Below, in pieces: positions 1-11,429 of a stretch of DNA of 52,406 nt. The position numbers and the translations under genes were made by a program. How positions within the stretch are numbered: the stretch's first letter is position 1; each line of letters starts with the position of its first letter. Origin of the DNA: a virus (taxonomy: Duplodnaviria > Caudoviricetes). The stretch is taken from the IMG/VR virus record IMGVR_UViG_3300020042_009394, positions 1 through 52,406 of that record, one strand, 5' to 3'. Below the pieces are notes generated by a model that saw only the letters and a program-made list of their open reading frames with translations, did not search any database and was not told the origin of the DNA.

Positions 1-74
1 AATTAACGCAAAAACGGCGCAAAAAACGGCGACCTCTATACAACAATACCGCTCATCATCTCCAGATATTGTCG

Positions 75-1490
75 TTATTTAACCATATCCTCGGAATAAC
101 ATTGTAACAAAAATCTCTTATCGTACACACAATCCCATGCTCGTCCGTCTAATGTACTCACAGCAGCATAATGAGCCGCTGTTAATGATTTCCGTACATG
201 CATTCTAGCGAATTCGATCATCATCTCCTCCGTACTCATTAACTCACCCAATTGCTTGATTAGTTCTTTCGCCGTTACCGTCTCACCCGTATGCTGAGTA
301 TTCATCGTCCTATTCATCGTCTCCCCCGTTCATCATCTTTACTCGTTGCTGTTGTAGTCGTTGAATTTCTAGTTTCAAGTCCTCGTTTCCCGAACGTGTT
401 TTTAATTCGATTATCTTTGTAGCCATCGAATCCATTTTACCGTTTTTATGTTCCCTTACCATATGATCCAGCACGTCCTTAACCATATCAATACCGTGTT
501 TGGTTTGTGTATCAATATAACCTGGATACTCTACTGTGGCTTTTGAGTAGTTGCCCTCATCATCCACCAATTTAATTTCGATTTGCTTCAATTTGGTCAT
601 GATATTCGATTTTATATATGATTGTTCTATCCACTGGGTAGCAAGCCACGGTATATTCATCCTCATCTCTAAACATATAAACACCTGCTGATATTTTATA
701 TGAATCTGCTATACATGAAGTGGTGTATGTGCCACTATCTGATGCGTTATTTCCCGTTATTATTTGTAGATGGTATATTTTCATTTTAATATTGTTTAAT
801 ATGCTTGCTATATGCTTCTTCAATCGTTTGCTCAAGTTGCCTGGCTACGTTAAACACGACCACTGATAATTCCTTTATCTGCTCACTATACTCGTCATGT
901 TTCTCATAGTTAATGCCCTTAATTAACTGCATCTTATACCATTCCAACATTTCGTTGTAGCGATCATACATCGCTTTTAAATCGGCTATTGTTAATTGGT
1001 TCATAGCGAATCGTATATACGTATTTAGGTATTGTTGTGCGTGGCCACCAACTTTTGTGGCTTAATTTTAGGGTGCTATTTATAGTTTTGGATTTGTTCC
1101 ATTAGTCTAGTTACATCCTCTGGTTTCAAATAACCAACTACATCACCATTAGCAACTGAATTTTCATAGTGAATTTCGTCGCCTTTTATCACTGCTAGTT
1201 CATATAGGCCTTGTTTTCCACCGTATGAGAAATCATGTTTTACAACTGATACACCCCAACCGTTTTCAAAGTCTATTTGACCTACAACACCATTATTCCA
1301 TGTTGCTGATTTGAATTCTAAATCGCTAAATTTTTTCATATACAGGTTGTTTTTTAGGATAGAACGCTGCTCTAGCTTCGTCTAACTGTTTTAAGAATTG
1401 TCTATTTTTAATATCACCCTTGTCCCATAGTGTTGATATACTATGTTTACGAGCCCATTCTTCCAGTGTTAATTCGTTATTTGTCTTCAT
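75..1490 (-). CDS. Run of six small hypothetical phage proteins (75-317, 310-~601, 572-~785, 786-1004, 1076-1339, 1326-~1490)
   Basis: Tightly packed or overlapping minus-strand ORFs; no recognisable family motif. Several true starts are probably downstream of the ORF-track starts. Confidence 0.65.
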
Positions 1491-1500
1491 ATATGTGAAT

Positions 1501-2379
1501 TTACGCTGGTTGTTTTGCCCCCTCATAACGCTCAAATCGTTTGGTTTGAGATTCATCGGATGATTGCTTACCATTTGTTTCCCACTGATATACATCAGCA
1601 ATGAAATCGTCGAAATAATCTTGTTTAACCTCAACATTCATCCAATCACGATCTGGATGGTCTTTAACCATTAGTTGTACTTTATTGTACTTACCTAATC
1701 CAACTACTCTATATTCAACTATACCGGAATAATCCCATCGACCACGACCAGTTGTTAAATTAAAATGTTTTGGTTTGCTTAATAATTCGTAATTACTAGT
1801 TGAGTAATCAACAATTTCACATACTAGTTGAGGCGAGATTGCATGTTGGAATCCTACCGTTTTATATCCTTCACGATTATTCTGATGGATTTCTTGTTTG
1901 ATTTGATTTATTTCACGTTCCAACTTACCTAGTTCACTATCCAATTCATAGTATGGTTGGAAGATAGCTTTATATGCTGGTTTCCACTCGTTCTCTATAT
2001 TATCAATAATTAAAGCTGAATGTTGTGCTATTTTACCTAATGTAGTTAGGTAGTACAGGTTAGTGGTATTTACTTTGTTATGGCTACTTCTGTAGTCAAT
2101 ATCATAGTAATTATTCTCATCATCTCTATAGCTGTAATGCTTTCTAACATTGATCGCGCTAGGCCATCTACCGTCTTCTATTGGAACGATTTCCAATGTG
2201 TCACCTGTGTATTTGACATTGTATGGACTTACATTTAGAACACTACTAAACCAATCATGAATGGATTGATTTAATTTAACTAGTGCAGGTTCGTACACTG
2301 TTGATTCGTATTGTACAAACTCGTTCTGCTTAACTGCGAACTGTGATGCGAGTGCATCTAAGATGATTTGCTTATTCAT
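1501..2379 (-). CDS. Hypothetical protein with central coiled coil
   Basis: Long ORF; start reassigned to MNKQII (ATG at 2379, preceded by AAAGGTT and the promoter motif at 2404-2427). Confidence 0.75.
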   Translation of the reverse strand: MNKQIILDALASQFAVKQNEFVQYESTVYEPALVKLNQSIHDWFSSVLNVSPYNVKYTGDTLEIVPIEDGRWPSAINVRKHYSYRDDENNYYDIDYRSSHNKVNTTNLYYLTTLGKIAQHSALIIDNIENEWKPAYKAIFQPYYELDSELGKLEREINQIKQEIHQNNREGYKTVGFQHAISPQLVCEIVDYSTSNYELLSKPKHFNLTTGRGRWDYSGIVEYRVVGLGKYNKVQLMVKDHPDRDWMNVEVKQDYFDDFIADVYQWETNGKQSSDESQTKRFERYEGAKQPA

Positions 2380-2403
2380 AACCTTTAATTTTTTAGTACG
2401 ATG

Positions 2404-2427
2404 TGAATATACGAACGGAACCCTGCC
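2404..2427 (-). promoter_or_regulatory. Repeated promoter-like motif GGCA-N12-TAnnTTYA (copy 1; others at 3051-3074, 3671-3694, 4911-4934, 7295-7318, 7537-7560, 7788-7811, 12636-12659, 12882-12905, 23850-23873)
   Basis: Ten copies with an exact 12-nt spacer, each just upstream of an ATG; the downstream box resembles the Bacteroidota -7 element TAnnTTTG. Confidence 0.75.
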
Positions 2428-2444
2428 AACCAATAAGAAAGCGC

Positions 2445-3020
2445 CTATTGGCGCTCCTTAATTAGTTTTAAAGCATTCGAGTCGAAACACAACTCACTAA
2501 ATTCACTCGCAGTGATATTGTCAGTATCATCTACTGCTACCTTGTAACTTTCCATCTTACCTGTTTTAAGGTTAACTAATGCTACTTGGTTTGATGTACG
2601 ACCACCTACTAGGAGATAACGATTACCATCTTCATGTTGATATCTATTACCTATTTTATGGGTAATGAAATATTCTGAGTGTTGTTCTTGCATTTGTTCT
2701 TCAAATGCTTTCAAAGCACTAATTAACATAGCTTCAAAACTAAATTGGTTTGTATTTTGCTGTGGTTCATTTACATTTGAAATATACTCCTTTACATCTA
2801 CAGGAATGAAATATGATTGAAATTCATCTACTGGTACAGCAATATTAACTCCACGACCTGATGCTTTTTCCATAACATAATAGCCTGTAGCTTCATGTTC
2901 ATCATATTCAGTACTCCATTTGAATTTTTGACCTGATCTGCAGCGATCGTTATATTGGTCTGTAAATCCTTTGTAACATTCGTAAGTAACGCCGTGTTGT
3001 GGTTTAATTTTTGTGCTCAT
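2445..3020 (-). CDS. Hypothetical protein
   Basis: 191-aa ORF behind promoter motif copy 3051-3074. Confidence 0.7.
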   Translation of the reverse strand: MSTKIKPQHGVTYECYKGFTDQYNDRCRSGQKFKWSTEYDEHEATGYYVMEKASGRGVNIAVPVDEFQSYFIPVDVKEYISNVNEPQQNTNQFSFEAMLISALKAFEEQMQEQHSEYFITHKIGNRYQHEDGNRYLLVGGRTSNQVALVNLKTGKMESYKVAVDDTDNITASEFSELCFDSNALKLIKERQ

Positions 3021-3064
3021 AACTTTTATTTTTTATTTATTTGTGTATTGTAAATATACGAACT

Positions 3065-3649
3065 TTACTCTGCCAAGTACAACCTACTGTGATTGTAGAG
3101 TGCAACGGGATTATCTTCAACTAACAACCCATAATTATCCAATACATAATCATATGTCTGATTAATTGGATCATTTATCGCCTCACCTAATATCTGAGCA
3201 AAGTAATGATTTGATATGTCTACTTGTTTTTGTTCCGTACCTGGTAAGCCGCAATATGCTGCTTCGCTCACTTCACTAATAAACATACCACTATAGAATC
3301 CCTTTAACTTATGTCTATTTACAAATTGATCAGCATTACACCAAATGAATACGTTGCTTTCTTTTTGATTTAATAATTCTACCATTGTAGAATCGATTGC
3401 ATAAGCATAATTGAATCGTTGTGGATAAACCACACCAGGATCATCTCGAAACATACCTACACTGAATAAACCATGTGGTGAACCATGACCAAGCATTATT
3501 ACTCTATCATGGTAGGTGATCATTTGTTTTAACTCGTCTTTAAAAACGCCTCCAGTCACTACAGTGGCTTGGAATATGTTGTCATAGATTGGAGTTAAGA
3601 AATCGGTACTCGGATCGTCCGGATGTATAACTAATGTTTTCGTGTACAT
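3065..3649 (-). CDS. Putative caspase/gingipain-fold (clan CD) cysteine peptidase-like protein
   Basis: Hydrophobic strand-GHG (VIMLGHGS) and strand-Cys (VFIWCNA), in the order of the His-Cys dyad; start reassigned to MYTKTL. Confidence 0.4.
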   Translation of the reverse strand: MYTKTLVIHPDDPSTDFLTPIYDNIFQATVVTGGVFKDELKQMITYHDRVIMLGHGSPHGLFSVGMFRDDPGVVYPQRFNYAYAIDSTMVELLNQKESNVFIWCNADQFVNRHKLKGFYSGMFISEVSEAAYCGLPGTEQKQVDISNHYFAQILGEAINDPINQTYDYVLDNYGLLVEDNPVALYNHSRLYLAE

Positions 3650-3703
3650 AACCTTTTTATTTGTGTAACATGAAGATAGGCAAATTGCTTTGCCCATCCA
3701 CAT

Positions 3704-3853
3704 TTAATTCATTATTCCTATCACGTTCCGTCTCCACCACTTTGTAAAACGTGTGTTAGGGTTTTTAGTAGCTATTGATTCTCCAACTACTAACCCCATT
3801 GTACATACTGCTGATGATAAACATAGTAGTATTAGAATCTGAAGTAAAGGCAT
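3704..3853 (-). CDS. Small membrane protein (49 aa, not in ORF track)
   Basis: MPLLQILILLCLSSAVCTMGLVVGESIATKNPNTRFTKWWRRNVIGIMN fills the gap between neighbours. Confidence 0.55.
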   Translation of the reverse strand: MPLLQILILLCLSSAVCTMGLVVGESIATKNPNTRFTKWWRRNVIGIMN

Positions 3854-3864
3854 TTTAATTTGAT

Positions 3865-4534
3865 TTAGTAGTTGTCATCATAATCATCATCATTATCCAT
3901 AAAATCTTCATCAAGTGAAGACTCAGAATAAACCAATTCCCCTAGATCATCTAGTTCTTCATAATATGATTCTAGAGTATAAATGAATTCTTCTAGATCA
4001 AAATTATCAGGGTGGCCATTATGATTCAACTCAGTGTTTGCTGCTAGGATCAACTCCTTTAAGATATCTTTAATTTCCATTTGTAATTTGATTGCCATTT
4101 TTAATTTGATTATTTTTGCTATAAATATGTTGGTAAAACTCAGACAATGTACCATCGAATTGAAGCATTTCTTCTTCTAATTCTTCTTTTTCCATTCGAA
4201 ATTCAATCCAGAAATCTTTATACATTGCCTCTAGTATTTGAGCTTCGTCTCGTTCAAAGTCAACAGTCAATCTACGTATACGTTCACTATGTAAACCTCT
4301 TAACTCATGTACTAAAGCTACATCTTTAATATCCCCAATTGCTTCTTGTTCTAGTTTTCTTTCCCACATTAACCACCAATGATAATCACTTATTTCATAA
4401 TCACCATTTTTAATTTTATTTTCAAGTGGTTGACGTTTATGAAGTGGGTTTTTATTACTCTTAAAACGTCTCCACCAATAATACGGGTTGTATTTTGTAG
4501 GTGTGTACGTTGATATTCTTTGACTTAATTCCAT
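3865..4534 (-). CDS. Two hypothetical proteins (acidic 3865-~4080; 4070-4534)
   Basis: ORF track; coupled to neighbours. Confidence 0.6.
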
Positions 4535-4887
4535 CCGTTTTCAGTTTTTACTTGATCGATATGTTTACATTTTCGAGAATTACCTGACCAACCAAATGCA
4601 GGACAAGTACAGCTCCATCTATTATCTTCATTCTTAACTGTATACTTCTTACCTTTACTACCATCCACTTCCTGTTCAAATGTATTTTTGAACGCTTCGT
4701 TTTTAGTATTTCTATCTTCTTTTCTAAACCACACTATATCTTTATAGGTGAAATGGTTTGGAACCTCAACCCAACCATCCTCAGAGGTGATGGCATATTT
4801 TTTTTCGGGTTCTTGGGTTGAATTAAATAATACTGGTATTCTCCAACTGTGAATAACTAATTTATTTCCACCAATTATAACTGACAT
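4525..4887 (-). CDS. SWIM zinc-finger protein
   Basis: C-terminal WSCTCPAF...CKH (CxC...CxH) motif. Confidence 0.75.
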   Translation of the reverse strand: MSVIIGGNKLVIHSWRIPVLFNSTQEPEKKYAITSEDGWVEVPNHFTYKDIVWFRKEDRNTKNEAFKNTFEQEVDGSKGKKYTVKNEDNRWSCTCPAFGWSGNSRKCKHIDQVKTENGWN

Positions 4888-4933
4888 AACCTTTAATTTT
4901 TAGTACGGTGTAAATGTACAAACGTTGCTCTGC

Positions 4934-6001
4934 CTATTCAAAATCTCTAATTGCGATCACTTTCGGAAAGCGAGGAATTCCATCTTCAGTTAATTCAAAA
5001 TATTTAACTGTTGCTTGCTTGCCAATCAAATCGTTTCGTTGTAGTAATTCAGCTAAGTATTCCCAATCACCATTAACAGCAGACTCAAACGGTTTACCAT
5101 TAATTTCAAATTGTAATTTACCTACTTTACCTGTTAAATTGCCTTTACCTTCAATCACACCTAATATTGTAAATTCAGCGTCACTAAATGTTTTATGTTT
5201 TAAAAGCGATTTACTACGCTTGTTCTCATATTTGGAATCAGTTCTTAATATCTGCCCCTCATAACCTAAATGCATGTAATCATAGTAATAAGCAGATAAA
5301 TCATTTTCATTATCAATCTGATCAGTTTGTACTATAACACAGCACTCTGGTAGTTTTAATTTAAATAATGATTTAAAGCGCTGAATGAATGTATCATCAT
5401 TGCTTGGTAAATCATAAATGTGATATTGAATACAATCAGCACTTAGCTTTAGATCATCTCTAGTTGGTTTAGTTTTGCGAACGCAAGATATAATTGTATT
5501 AAAATCAGCTACTGATTTATCAGCATATAATTCACCATCAAGAATTAGATCTGGATCTTGTTCAAATAAGAATCTTAATGAGTAGTAAATATGAGGTGCT
5601 GATAAGATTGGTTTACCATTTCGAGACCACATTCCATCTGCTCTAATGATACATCTCACACCGTCTAACTTTGGTTGACTATAAATTGGAAATGTAACTT
5701 TATTTTTATAGTCCTCATAGTCATGAGCCAACATTGGTTTGAAATAGACAGGTGTATCAATTTGATTAATATCTTCCCAATAACCTGTTTCAGTACGTTT
5801 ACGATGCATCGCCTCTGCCTCTTTAGTTGCTTGTTGAGTGTTAGTGTTATAGGATTTACCTTCGCAGCAGGTCCATTCTGAAGTTACCTTCTGCCCATCT
5901 AAGAATCCACTTGTTGTTCTGAAGCAATTATTTTCGGTTTCAACGAACCATGTTGATACTTTCCCCGTAACGGAGCGTTTATATAGAATTGGATATATCA
6001 T
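4934..6001 (-). CDS. ATP-dependent DNA ligase (phage type)
   Basis: PMLA, motif I QPKLDGVRC, LDGELY, EGQILR, LLKHK and C-terminal OB fold ending PRFP. Confidence 0.93.
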   Translation of the reverse strand: MIYPILYKRSVTGKVSTWFVETENNCFRTTSGFLDGQKVTSEWTCCEGKSYNTNTQQATKEAEAMHRKRTETGYWEDINQIDTPVYFKPMLAHDYEDYKNKVTFPIYSQPKLDGVRCIIRADGMWSRNGKPILSAPHIYYSLRFLFEQDPDLILDGELYADKSVADFNTIISCVRKTKPTRDDLKLSADCIQYHIYDLPSNDDTFIQRFKSLFKLKLPECCVIVQTDQIDNENDLSAYYYDYMHLGYEGQILRTDSKYENKRSKSLLKHKTFSDAEFTILGVIEGKGNLTGKVGKLQFEINGKPFESAVNGDWEYLAELLQRNDLIGKQATVKYFELTEDGIPRFPKVIAIRDFE

Positions 6002-6004
6002 AAC

Positions 6005-6510
6005 TTAGAAATTTAGCACCCAAAACTGCCACCATTTTTTCTTCTTAGGAGTTTTAGGTTCGAATGGTTTTGTATTGTCATAACAATTAATAATACCTCC
6101 ATAACGAGCAGCCATCATCTGTATCATTGTAGAATGCCATTCAGATGGAATCTTTTCGAAATCAGCTTTAATTTCAATAATCAAATCTACCTGCTTATCT
6201 CCCCCAATTAATAATACTAAATGATCATTCATCTGAACGATATGGGAGGTCATCATTGTTATTTGTTGACCTTTACCTATGGATATTGATCCGTTATTTT
6301 CTACCTGCCACATAATTATTTTTTAGGTTTTACAATCACTTCTAAATTATTATCACTAAAACGAAGTCCAACAACTTCACCACCATTACCACTTTCGTTA
6401 GCTTCAACCAACTCTAAAAACTTTTTAAGGTCTACTGCTCGAGTAAAAATACCACCTTGTACATACCCACCATCGTAGGCATCTTTCCAAAATACTTGTT
6501 TGTTAAACAT
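6005..6510 (-). CDS. Two hypothetical proteins (6005-6313, 6316-6510)
   Basis: ORF track; operon packing. Confidence 0.6.
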
Positions 6511-6521
6511 TGTTATATTAT

Positions 6522-7268
6522 TTAAAGGTATGACTCAGCTAATTCAAATAATTGTTCGTTTAATTGAATATCCTTTTGGAAGTTCTTTACTGATCTAGCC
6601 TTACGACCACCAGATGTATATGAACCACCTAATATTTTCTCTTGTACTCTATTAAATACAACCCACAAATCATTACCTTGATCCTCAGTACGTGTAGCAC
6701 TAAGTACATCCATAATATTAACTGTTTTCTTAGTTCTTAACTGAGATGCTTTGGTTGCAAAGTCATTCATTTCAACCTCAGTTAATGTTTTAGCTTTGAA
6801 CACATTAATCTTATTTACCAACCCTGGTAATTTTTCAATAATCTCATTAATCTTAGCCTGTAATGATTCGAATGTGTAGTTAATGTGTCTGATAGATACA
6901 TTATTAAAATCAGCATCACTGATTACCAACCCATTACTACATACTAATCTGAAGATACCAACTCTAAAATTGAAAGCGGCTTTACCATCATGAGAATTAG
7001 TTAATAGGATTTGAGGAAACGAATCGTCTCCATTTTCACCCTTAATCATGATTTCAGGATTACGGAACACAACTAAGTGCTTTTGGAAGCCCTTGTACTT
7101 ACGAGATTTTACCTCTTGTACTTTAGTTACTTCCCAACCTAAATTCATTAAATCCTCAACTACACGTGATGTAGGAGTTTGAACATACTTGTCTGACAAG
7201 TGAGATGCTTTTTCAGTTGTAAATACTGACGGCGCAATTGCCTTGATGTTTTCTAAACTGTGTTTCAT
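6522..7268 (-). CDS. DUF932/DUF945-family phage/plasmid protein
   Basis: APSVF, ILLTNSHDG, FRLVCSNGL and LWVVFNRVQE motifs typical of this family. Confidence 0.85.
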   Translation of the reverse strand: MKHSLENIKAIAPSVFTTEKASHLSDKYVQTPTSRVVEDLMNLGWEVTKVQEVKSRKYKGFQKHLVVFRNPEIMIKGENGDDSFPQILLTNSHDGKAAFNFRVGIFRLVCSNGLVISDADFNNVSIRHINYTFESLQAKINEIIEKLPGLVNKINVFKAKTLTEVEMNDFATKASQLRTKKTVNIMDVLSATRTEDQGNDLWVVFNRVQEKILGGSYTSGGRKARSVKNFQKDIQLNEQLFELAESYL

Positions 7269-7327
7269 AACCTTTATATTTTTTTAATACGATGTAAATC
7301 TACAATGGTAGCTCTGCCCATCCAAGT

Positions 7328-7771
7328 TTAATTGAGTACTCCCAAACGAGCGTATATAATTACTTCACTATATGTTTCCATTTCTTCTTCAGTAGTGGGA
7401 TCATACATTTCATTAATACGAGCTACAATGTCGTACTTCTCAATTCCCCTTAATGTAAGCGACCGAGTCCAATTTTCTATTTCCAAACACTTAATTTGCA
7501 ACTCAGCTACCATAACCTTTATTTTTAAGTACAACGTAAATATAAGTGGAGAGCCTTGCCCATCCACTTACATTTTATTATTTGCTTCTCTATCTTTCTG
7601 TCTGCGTTTCAATACTAACCACTGTTCTTGCTCTGCTAATGTAGCGCCTCGTCTAAATAAATCATCCCATGACTCTTGGCTCAATGGAACTTGTTTTTTT
7701 GGCTTATTTAATACTCTGTCTAGTTTTTTACTTACTTTGTCTTGAGCTTCGTCTCGAGTTTGAAATGCCAT
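7328..7771 (-). CDS. Two small hypothetical proteins (7328-7513, 7568-7771)
   Basis: Each preceded by its own copy of the promoter motif. Confidence 0.65.
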
Positions 7772-7801
7772 ATTTTATTATTTGACGTAAATGTACGACT
7801 C

Positions 7802-8200
7802 TTATTTTGCCATCCACTTTCCACTACTAATCAAATTAAATTCATCACTATTTCTATCTATGAATTGCCACGTTGCTGATTGCAAATTGAAATGCTCGTT
7901 AATATGACTTAATACTTGATCAGGTGTAAAATCTGAACAACTATATAAGTCAAATTGGAACATTGCGGGATGAATTGCATCCCAAACGTGTATTGAGGCG
8001 TGTGATGTAGCTAGTGTTACAGTACCTGTTATTCCTTCGTTTCCAAGTTCATTAACATATACTGAGGTAGGTCCTGCTACAACTACCATTCCGACTTTAT
8101 TTACTAATTCTTTAAACCACTGGTTTAATGCTGTTTCTGACTGTGGTGGGTTGTAAATATAACCCTTCACTAGTAGATGGAGATGATTTGGTACGAACAT
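7802..8200 (-). CDS. speD: S-adenosylmethionine decarboxylase proenzyme (AdoMetDC family)
   Basis: N-terminal HLL, GITGTVTLATSHASIHVW autoprocessing motif and FDLYSC. Confidence 0.8.
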   Translation of the reverse strand: MFVPNHLHLLVKGYIYNPPQSETALNQWFKELVNKVGMVVVAGPTSVYVNELGNEGITGTVTLATSHASIHVWDAIHPAMFQFDLYSCSDFTPDQVLSHINEHFNLQSATWQFIDRNSDEFNLISSGKWMAK

Positions 8201-8829
8201 TACTTAAACTTAAATCCTGTTAATTTTTCAACATCAGCCAAGTTGACCTTATTATTGTTGATACCGTCAGCTTTAGTTGTATTGTTATCAAATATAAATG
8301 CCATGTATTCTTTTGTCTTCTTAATATAAACTACTTTCCAACATTGAGTAGGTACTGATGTTGTACCTATTTTCTTAGCTACACCTGTTGACCCACACCA
8401 CACTTTAACTGAATCATCTTTAATTGCTAATTCACGAGATAACATCTCTAATGTTTTCCAATCACCACGATTTAAAGCAGGATATTGAGCAGTCATGTTG
8501 CTAAAGTAAAATGATTCGTCGTTTGCCACTTGATCACAAGCAGCGTCTGCTGCTGGAAAGTTGTGTCCACGATCGAATCCTTGACCTGTATAATCTGCTT
8601 GTAAATTTGTTTCGGTTGGTAATTTTGGATCAGCGATAAATTTATCACCACGTTTTGCTTTAACAGGACATGTTAAGCCTGCTTTAGTAATCCACCATTC
8701 AACTTTAACTGGATAATGTTTTGATTTACTGTAATACGTTGTGTACGCTTTGTGTGTTAATGTAACTACATCTTGAGCTGTAACTGTGAAGCTAATTAGT
8801 AGTAATAGTGCTAATAGGCATTGTTTCAT
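8200..8829 (-). CDS. Secreted DNA/RNA non-specific endonuclease (NucA/EndoG family)
   Basis: Signal peptide; DRGH catalytic motif; SNMTAQ...LNRGDWKTLE. Confidence 0.9.
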   Translation of the reverse strand: MKQCLLALLLLISFTVTAQDVVTLTHKAYTTYYSKSKHYPVKVEWWITKAGLTCPVKAKRGDKFIADPKLPTETNLQADYTGQGFDRGHNFPAADAACDQVANDESFYFSNMTAQYPALNRGDWKTLEMLSRELAIKDDSVKVWCGSTGVAKKIGTTSVPTQCWKVVYIKKTKEYMAFIFDNNTTKADGINNNKVNLADVEKLTGFKFK

Positions 8830-8843
8830 GCCGATAAATATCG

Positions 8844-10652
8844 CTACTCACTAATAGCCTTAGATACTGATTCGTAGTATTCTTCACGTAAACGTCTAAC
8901 AGCGGCCTCAGCACTTGCTACACCCGCTTTAAACATTTGTTCCTGATTTCCATAACCACGTTCATTAATTACTTTAAATACTGCTTCGAATACTTCAAAT
9001 CCGAATAAATTATCACCTAGCGCTTGATATTTGTCGCTCATGTTAGAATCGTTTTGATAAATTAATAATATATTCTTCTTGTTCTTTAGTTAATTTCCAC
9101 CCATTACCAATTAACTTATGGAGGGCTAAATTAAATTCATCTTCACTTTCAGCTAGCGTCTTTCGTTCTGTATGGGCTGATGCTTCAACACTACCCTCGT
9201 TTGTAATAACACATGACTTAGAAATATAACCTTCTTCTTGCATACGATTAAAGAATTCTCTTCTATCATATTTACTCATTCCCCAAATGATATCAATTAT
9301 ATCGACCTCAACACTAATACTTCTCATAATTTGTTAGTTAAAATTGAAAAATTTTTGTTTTTGATTTAATGGTCTTTGTACTACTGTTCGTTCTTTTGGT
9401 TTACGACCTCTAGACTTAACGGTATGATCTTCATCTTGACCCCAATTTGTTTCTCGTACTTGTTTATAGAAGCGTTCACGAACATGCTTCATGTATTCCT
9501 CATCTAATCCAAATTCGTTTTCCATAACTGTTTAATTTATATAATCTAAGATAAGTTCTTCACCCCAACACATTCTTTGTAATGTTTTAAATTTAAGTTC
9601 ATTATCTAGTGGTTTTGCTTCTTTATAATCACCACACCACACTAATTTACCACCATATGCTAATCCACAAAAATATTCTAATTGTGAATTCATTACAATA
9701 AATTCTTTACGCTTTGGTTGATTCTTCCCTGTCATCTTAAATTAGTTATAAATTCGTCTCTATTAATTTTCATAAATACAATCACTAAATTTTAAACCCC
9801 ACATGAGTGATATCATTGCCATTTCTCTTTCAGCCCACCTTCTATCATATTTGAATCTTTTTTTCATTTCTAAGATTCCCCATTCTTTCCAAATATCATT
9901 ATGCTCCATAGTCATTGTCCATTGAGCATACCAATCATCTTTTCTATCTTTAATATCATCAAATGTAACAGTATGTCCTGCAATCTCAAACATTTTATTG
10001 ATTGCATCTACAATAAAGATATCTTTTTTTTCTTGAAGTGTTAATCTTTTAGCCATTTTGATTTGAGTATTTTAGTATAATAATCTGTTGTTACTGGTTC
10101 TTCATTGTGTTTGTTTGAAACCCATGTTTGTGGAGCTTCCTTTCTACATTGTTCTATTCGCTCACGTTTAGATTTAGTCTTATCAGTAGCATATTCATAA
10201 TATAACCACGGTTCCCAATAGTGAGATTGATAAGGGCTATAAAATGTTAATGCAATTTGATATCCGAAAAATACGAACGATAATACTGGATTCCACTCAT
10301 GTCTGAAATCAGTATCTGTCCATTTTGTTTTCCATCCTAAACCACAATAGTTAAATCCAACTGTTAAAGGCACTGCAAAATTATGTTTTAATTTTTCATG
10401 AAATAATTCTCCAATTGGTTTAATTTTACGTGCATGTTTTGGGTTAAGCTTATTCCATTTTTCTTGTTGTTCAATATCATCACTAGCTGCTTTGTAAGCT
10501 CGTTCTGGTGTTGCCTTAACCCATTTACGAGGTAGAAAATATGGAATACCTACCTGTGTCTTACCAGCATAGAAACCAATTTTAAATGGTTTGAATGGGC
10601 TATTTAGTACCTTTAGCCATCTTAAATCTTCTAGTATGTATTTCAACTTCAT
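8844..10652 (-). CDS. Run of six hypothetical proteins (8844-9041, 9043-9327, 9334-9525, 9532-9735, 9763-10056, 10041-10652)
   Basis: Contiguous minus-strand ORFs; no recognisable motifs. Confidence 0.65.
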
Positions 10653-10660
10653 AACCTGCT

Positions 10661-11401
10661 TTATTTTAATTCCCCTAAAGATACGACTCCATCGTTGACA
10701 ATCAAATATTCTCTCGGCATTGTGTCTACAAAGTAATAACGACCACCAGTAGATTTACCTTCAATATCGATTTGTTTTCTAGTTGTATGACCTACTACTT
10801 GTCTAATCTTAGTACGTAACGTATCGTAATTAGCTTCCATTAATGATTTAGGACGGATCCAAAGCGGGCCTTGGAATGTTTCATCTCCAAACCCATATGA
10901 ACCATACACTTGATCTCCAACTTGTTTATATGAACGATAACCGACTTTAACGGGTTGAAACCTAAATAAATCATTTATAATAGCATCTAAACTATCTACA
11001 TTCCAATCCACAACTATATCATCTAACCATACACTACTTACACCAGCATGTGTAACTAATATATCATCAAATTGATAAGCCATTTGTAAATGGTCTCTAT
11101 TAGTAGTAATAATGTGTTGAATAGTGGGAGCCATTCTAGATTGATAACCTGAAGTATTACTATCTCCAATTTCAGGGAAATAATGATAATCATGATTACC
11201 AACCATCATTACTACTTCTTTATCAGTTGTAGTTTTAAACTCAATAATATCTTGAAAATTTTGACACTGAATTAATCCAGGAACCGTGAATGAATCAAAA
11301 TAATCACCTACAAAGATTATTCTATCTGCGTCCTGTTCTTGCTGAATAACTTGTTTCCATGAATCATGGCCATGGATGTCTCCGATTATTACTGTTTTCA
11401 T
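10661..11401 (-). CDS. Calcineurin-like metallophosphoesterase
   Basis: GDIHG, GDYFD, GNHD, HAG and GHT motifs. Confidence 0.9.
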   Translation of the reverse strand: MKTVIIGDIHGHDSWKQVIQQEQDADRIIFVGDYFDSFTVPGLIQCQNFQDIIEFKTTTDKEVVMMVGNHDYHYFPEIGDSNTSGYQSRMAPTIQHIITTNRDHLQMAYQFDDILVTHAGVSSVWLDDIVVDWNVDSLDAIINDLFRFQPVKVGYRSYKQVGDQVYGSYGFGDETFQGPLWIRPKSLMEANYDTLRTKIRQVVGHTTRKQIDIEGKSTGGRYYFVDTMPREYLIVNDGVVSLGELK

Positions 11402-11429
11402 ACAGTGAATCTAATAACCTACTTTGCCA

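Noticed and set aside
2404-7811. Sigma-54 reading of the GGCA motif
   Set aside because: Lacks the TTGC -12 element at the required spacing.
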